A DNA stretch of 62,631 bases, counting the filler, from Hausera hauseri (taxonomy: Eukaryota), in the NCBI GenBank assembly GCA_046269625.1. It is 10 parts of 10 records of this genome, joined end to end, with 100 filler letters (N's around TTAATTAATTAA, not from the genome) between each part and the next. Parts side by side here need not be neighbours in the genome. Positions count along the whole stretch, not along the records: positions 57,898 to 62,631 come from JBJURY010457023.1; 9 more parts are not named here. One strand, written 5' to 3'. Shown in pieces: positions 60,890 to 62,631 of this stretch. Under the pieces are notes generated by a model that searched no databases, was not told the DNA's origin, and saw only the letters and a list, made by a program, of their open reading frames with translations. The position numbers and the translations under genes were made by a program. How positions within the stretch are numbered: the first letter of the stretch is position 1; each line of letters begins with the position of its first letter.

Positions 60890-62631
60890 TCACAATTGAA
60901 TTGTCACAGTGTTTTTAAGTAATTCTTCATCCTTCTGAATTATTTTCGGGATATTGTAGAGATTCTCCAACAGGAATTGGTCTTCTTTTTGGTACAGCAG
61001 CATCTTAAGTTTTTCTCTGGGTGTCCCTTTCAAATTAATAGTCTTCGTACCCCTTGGTTTAGGGATAGGTGTCTGTTCCACTTGCATAGGTATTGGTTGA
61101 TGTACCAATAACGGTGTGTGTTTGAGACTTTTGATAGTCTCGAGATGGGCCCCAACCATCACTAAATGTAAAGTATTCTGTGTGGAATGTCTGTAAACCA
61201 TTCCAATCATAGTTCCAAGCCTGGGGTTAGGCTGGATTTGCTGATATTGATTCATCATTGTTAACGGTTGTTGTTTGAAATAGACATTAATAGTCTGTTG
61301 AATTGCTCCGTATAGCAATATGGATAGTTCCAGTAGATCAGTAATTGCTGTTTTTAGCATTTCTGGTATGTTGGTTTTCATTTGCTGTATCATTTGTTCG
61401 GAGGACGAGCTTGAATTAGCTGCGTCTATTTTTCTTAGATTTTCGTATCTGTAATCTGAATGGTACCTTTTAGGTATTTTCATGAATCCTTCATCACTGA
61501 TTAAGTTATGTTCTGGGGGAATCCAATCCCATTCCCATTGTTCATTTGTGCAGCTATTTAATAGCTGATTATATATGTCGATGATAGCCTGTAAAATGGG
61601 TTCGGCTGATTTAGGGAATTCATAGTTCAAATTGTACATCTTGGGTAATTGCGTTAAATTAGGCTTCATTTTGGCTTCTGCAAAGCGAGCTTTGGTGTTG
61701 GATGTGGACAATATATCCATAACACCATAAATGAAGGTGGAGGGTATACGAAGTATTTGTAATATTGTGCTGGTGTTAGCACTAATCACCGTATACCCAT
61801 ATAAGAATTTAATAACTTCTGCTCGAACGGACTCTTCATCTTCTGCTTGTTGTATTAATGTCATTGACAATCCATGGTGGTGTTCATTAGTATTGGCCAC
61901 CTTTCTTCGAGGATTAATGAAGGCATGATATACTGTTAATTTGGTTTGATCCGCTATAATTACCTCTATAGGAACCGGATCTCCATTTGGTGCGTATGCT
62001 AGTGATACCGCCAAATAACGAAAATTGTTGGCTTTTGTTAGCCGATAGTTGTAGGTATTTGTTGTCTTTGGTATCTGATAAAAAATTGGAGGTTGGTAGC
62101 CTAATTGAGCATCCAAGGGTTGGCAAATTTCAATTCCCATGATCAATGGTACAGATAATATTCGCATAAATATCTTGGTTTGGAATGCCATTGCTTTAAT
62201 ACACATTGTTGTTTTAGTTGTCAGCAACGAGTTCTGTAGTTGTAATTCGTCATACATGTCAACGTCAGCCTTGAATTGCACTTTTCCTTGTGCAATATGT
62301 AATAATACCTTCTCAAATTGCTGGTCTAGGTGGAGCATAGTATTAAGATTGATATTTATTGCTGGTGTTTCGATACGCAATATTCGGAACGATCTTTCGT
62401 TGATGGTATTGGTTTTTAAGGCATTATCGATATACTTGCACTCTGGGTATAAGATATCTGATGAGGTTTCAGCCAATTCTTGCATCCGAACATAGAATTT
62501 TGAGGGGAAGAGATTTCTTCCTGGCTGGTAAATTTTGACAAATTTATTATATAGCTCGTTCCATGGCCTATTGTTAATCCTATCCCGTTCTAATTGTTCG
62601 AGATTTTCGGTTAACTGTTCGCATAATTTCG
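60890..62631 (-). CDS. 3'-terminal ORF of a Gypsy element with an inactive DEDDh (REX4/ISG20-like) exonuclease fold; 5' partial
   Basis: Frame open to the window end and ending ~260 nt before the PPT. YLAVSLAY...EVIIAD...VYHAFINPRRKVANTNEHHHGLSMTLIQQAEDEESVRAEVIKFLYGYTVISAN parallels REX4/ISG20 but lacks the acidic catalytic residues. Confidence 0.65.
   Translation of the reverse strand, partial: KLCEQLTENLEQLERDRINNRPWNELYNKFVKIYQPGRNLFPSKFYVRMQELAETSSDILYPECKYIDNALKTNTINERSFRILRIETPAININLNTMLHLDQQFEKVLLHIAQGKVQFKADVDMYDELQLQNSLLTTKTTMCIKAMAFQTKIFMRILSVPLIMGIEICQPLDAQLGYQPPIFYQIPKTTNTYNYRLTKANNFRYLAVSLAYAPNGDPVPIEVIIADQTKLTVYHAFINPRRKVANTNEHHHGLSMTLIQQAEDEESVRAEVIKFLYGYTVISANTSTILQILRIPSTFIYGVMDILSTSNTKARFAEAKMKPNLTQLPKMYNLNYEFPKSAEPILQAIIDIYNQLLNSCTNEQWEWDWIPPEHNLISDEGFMKIPKRYHSDYRYENLRKIDAANSSSSSEQMIQQMKTNIPEMLKTAITDLLELSILLYGAIQQTINVYFKQQPLTMMNQYQQIQPNPRLGTMIGMVYRHSTQNTLHLVMVGAHLETIKSLKHTPLLVHQPIPMQVEQTPIPKPRGTKTINLKGTPREKLKMLLYQKEDQFLLENLYNIPKIIQKDEELLKNTVTIQL

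Noticed and set aside
1445-62495. Numerous short antisense ORFs overlapping long genes
   Set aside because: Shadow frames of the identified coding sequences.

Overview
AT-rich eukaryotic (animal, probably invertebrate) DNA, not a continuous locus. Ten contig pieces are joined by an artificial 100-nt spacer (N44-TTAATTAATTAA-N44), so adjacency across spacers carries no biological meaning. Host genes are ATAD5/ELG1, a TONSL-like gene running into an FHA domain, and a decayed EFA6/PSD-like copy. Mobile DNA comprises two BEL/Pao elements, three Ty3/Gypsy pieces, two decayed Polinton/Maverick fragments and a Penelope-like remnant with a minimal hammerhead ribozyme; a 6-kb AG/AC-type simple repeat is also present. 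Main observations: (1) A Gypsy-type frame at 42781-49486 reads ubiquitin-like domain, AT-hook, Bcl-2-like domain, chuvirus-type class III glycoprotein, one TAA, PSAP, then PR-RT-RNaseH-IN, all in one frame, with Env upstream of Pol. (2) Two divergent BEL/Pao elements share a ubiquitin-like domain ending in Gly-Gly fused to Gag, and tandem CCCH fingers in place of CCHC knuckles. (3) A Gypsy 3' ORF carries a catalytically dead REX4/ISG20-like exonuclease fold. (4) A 3463-aa mosaic ORF is most likely a splicing or gene-model artefact. All domain calls are by-eye motif recognition; no database searches were run.
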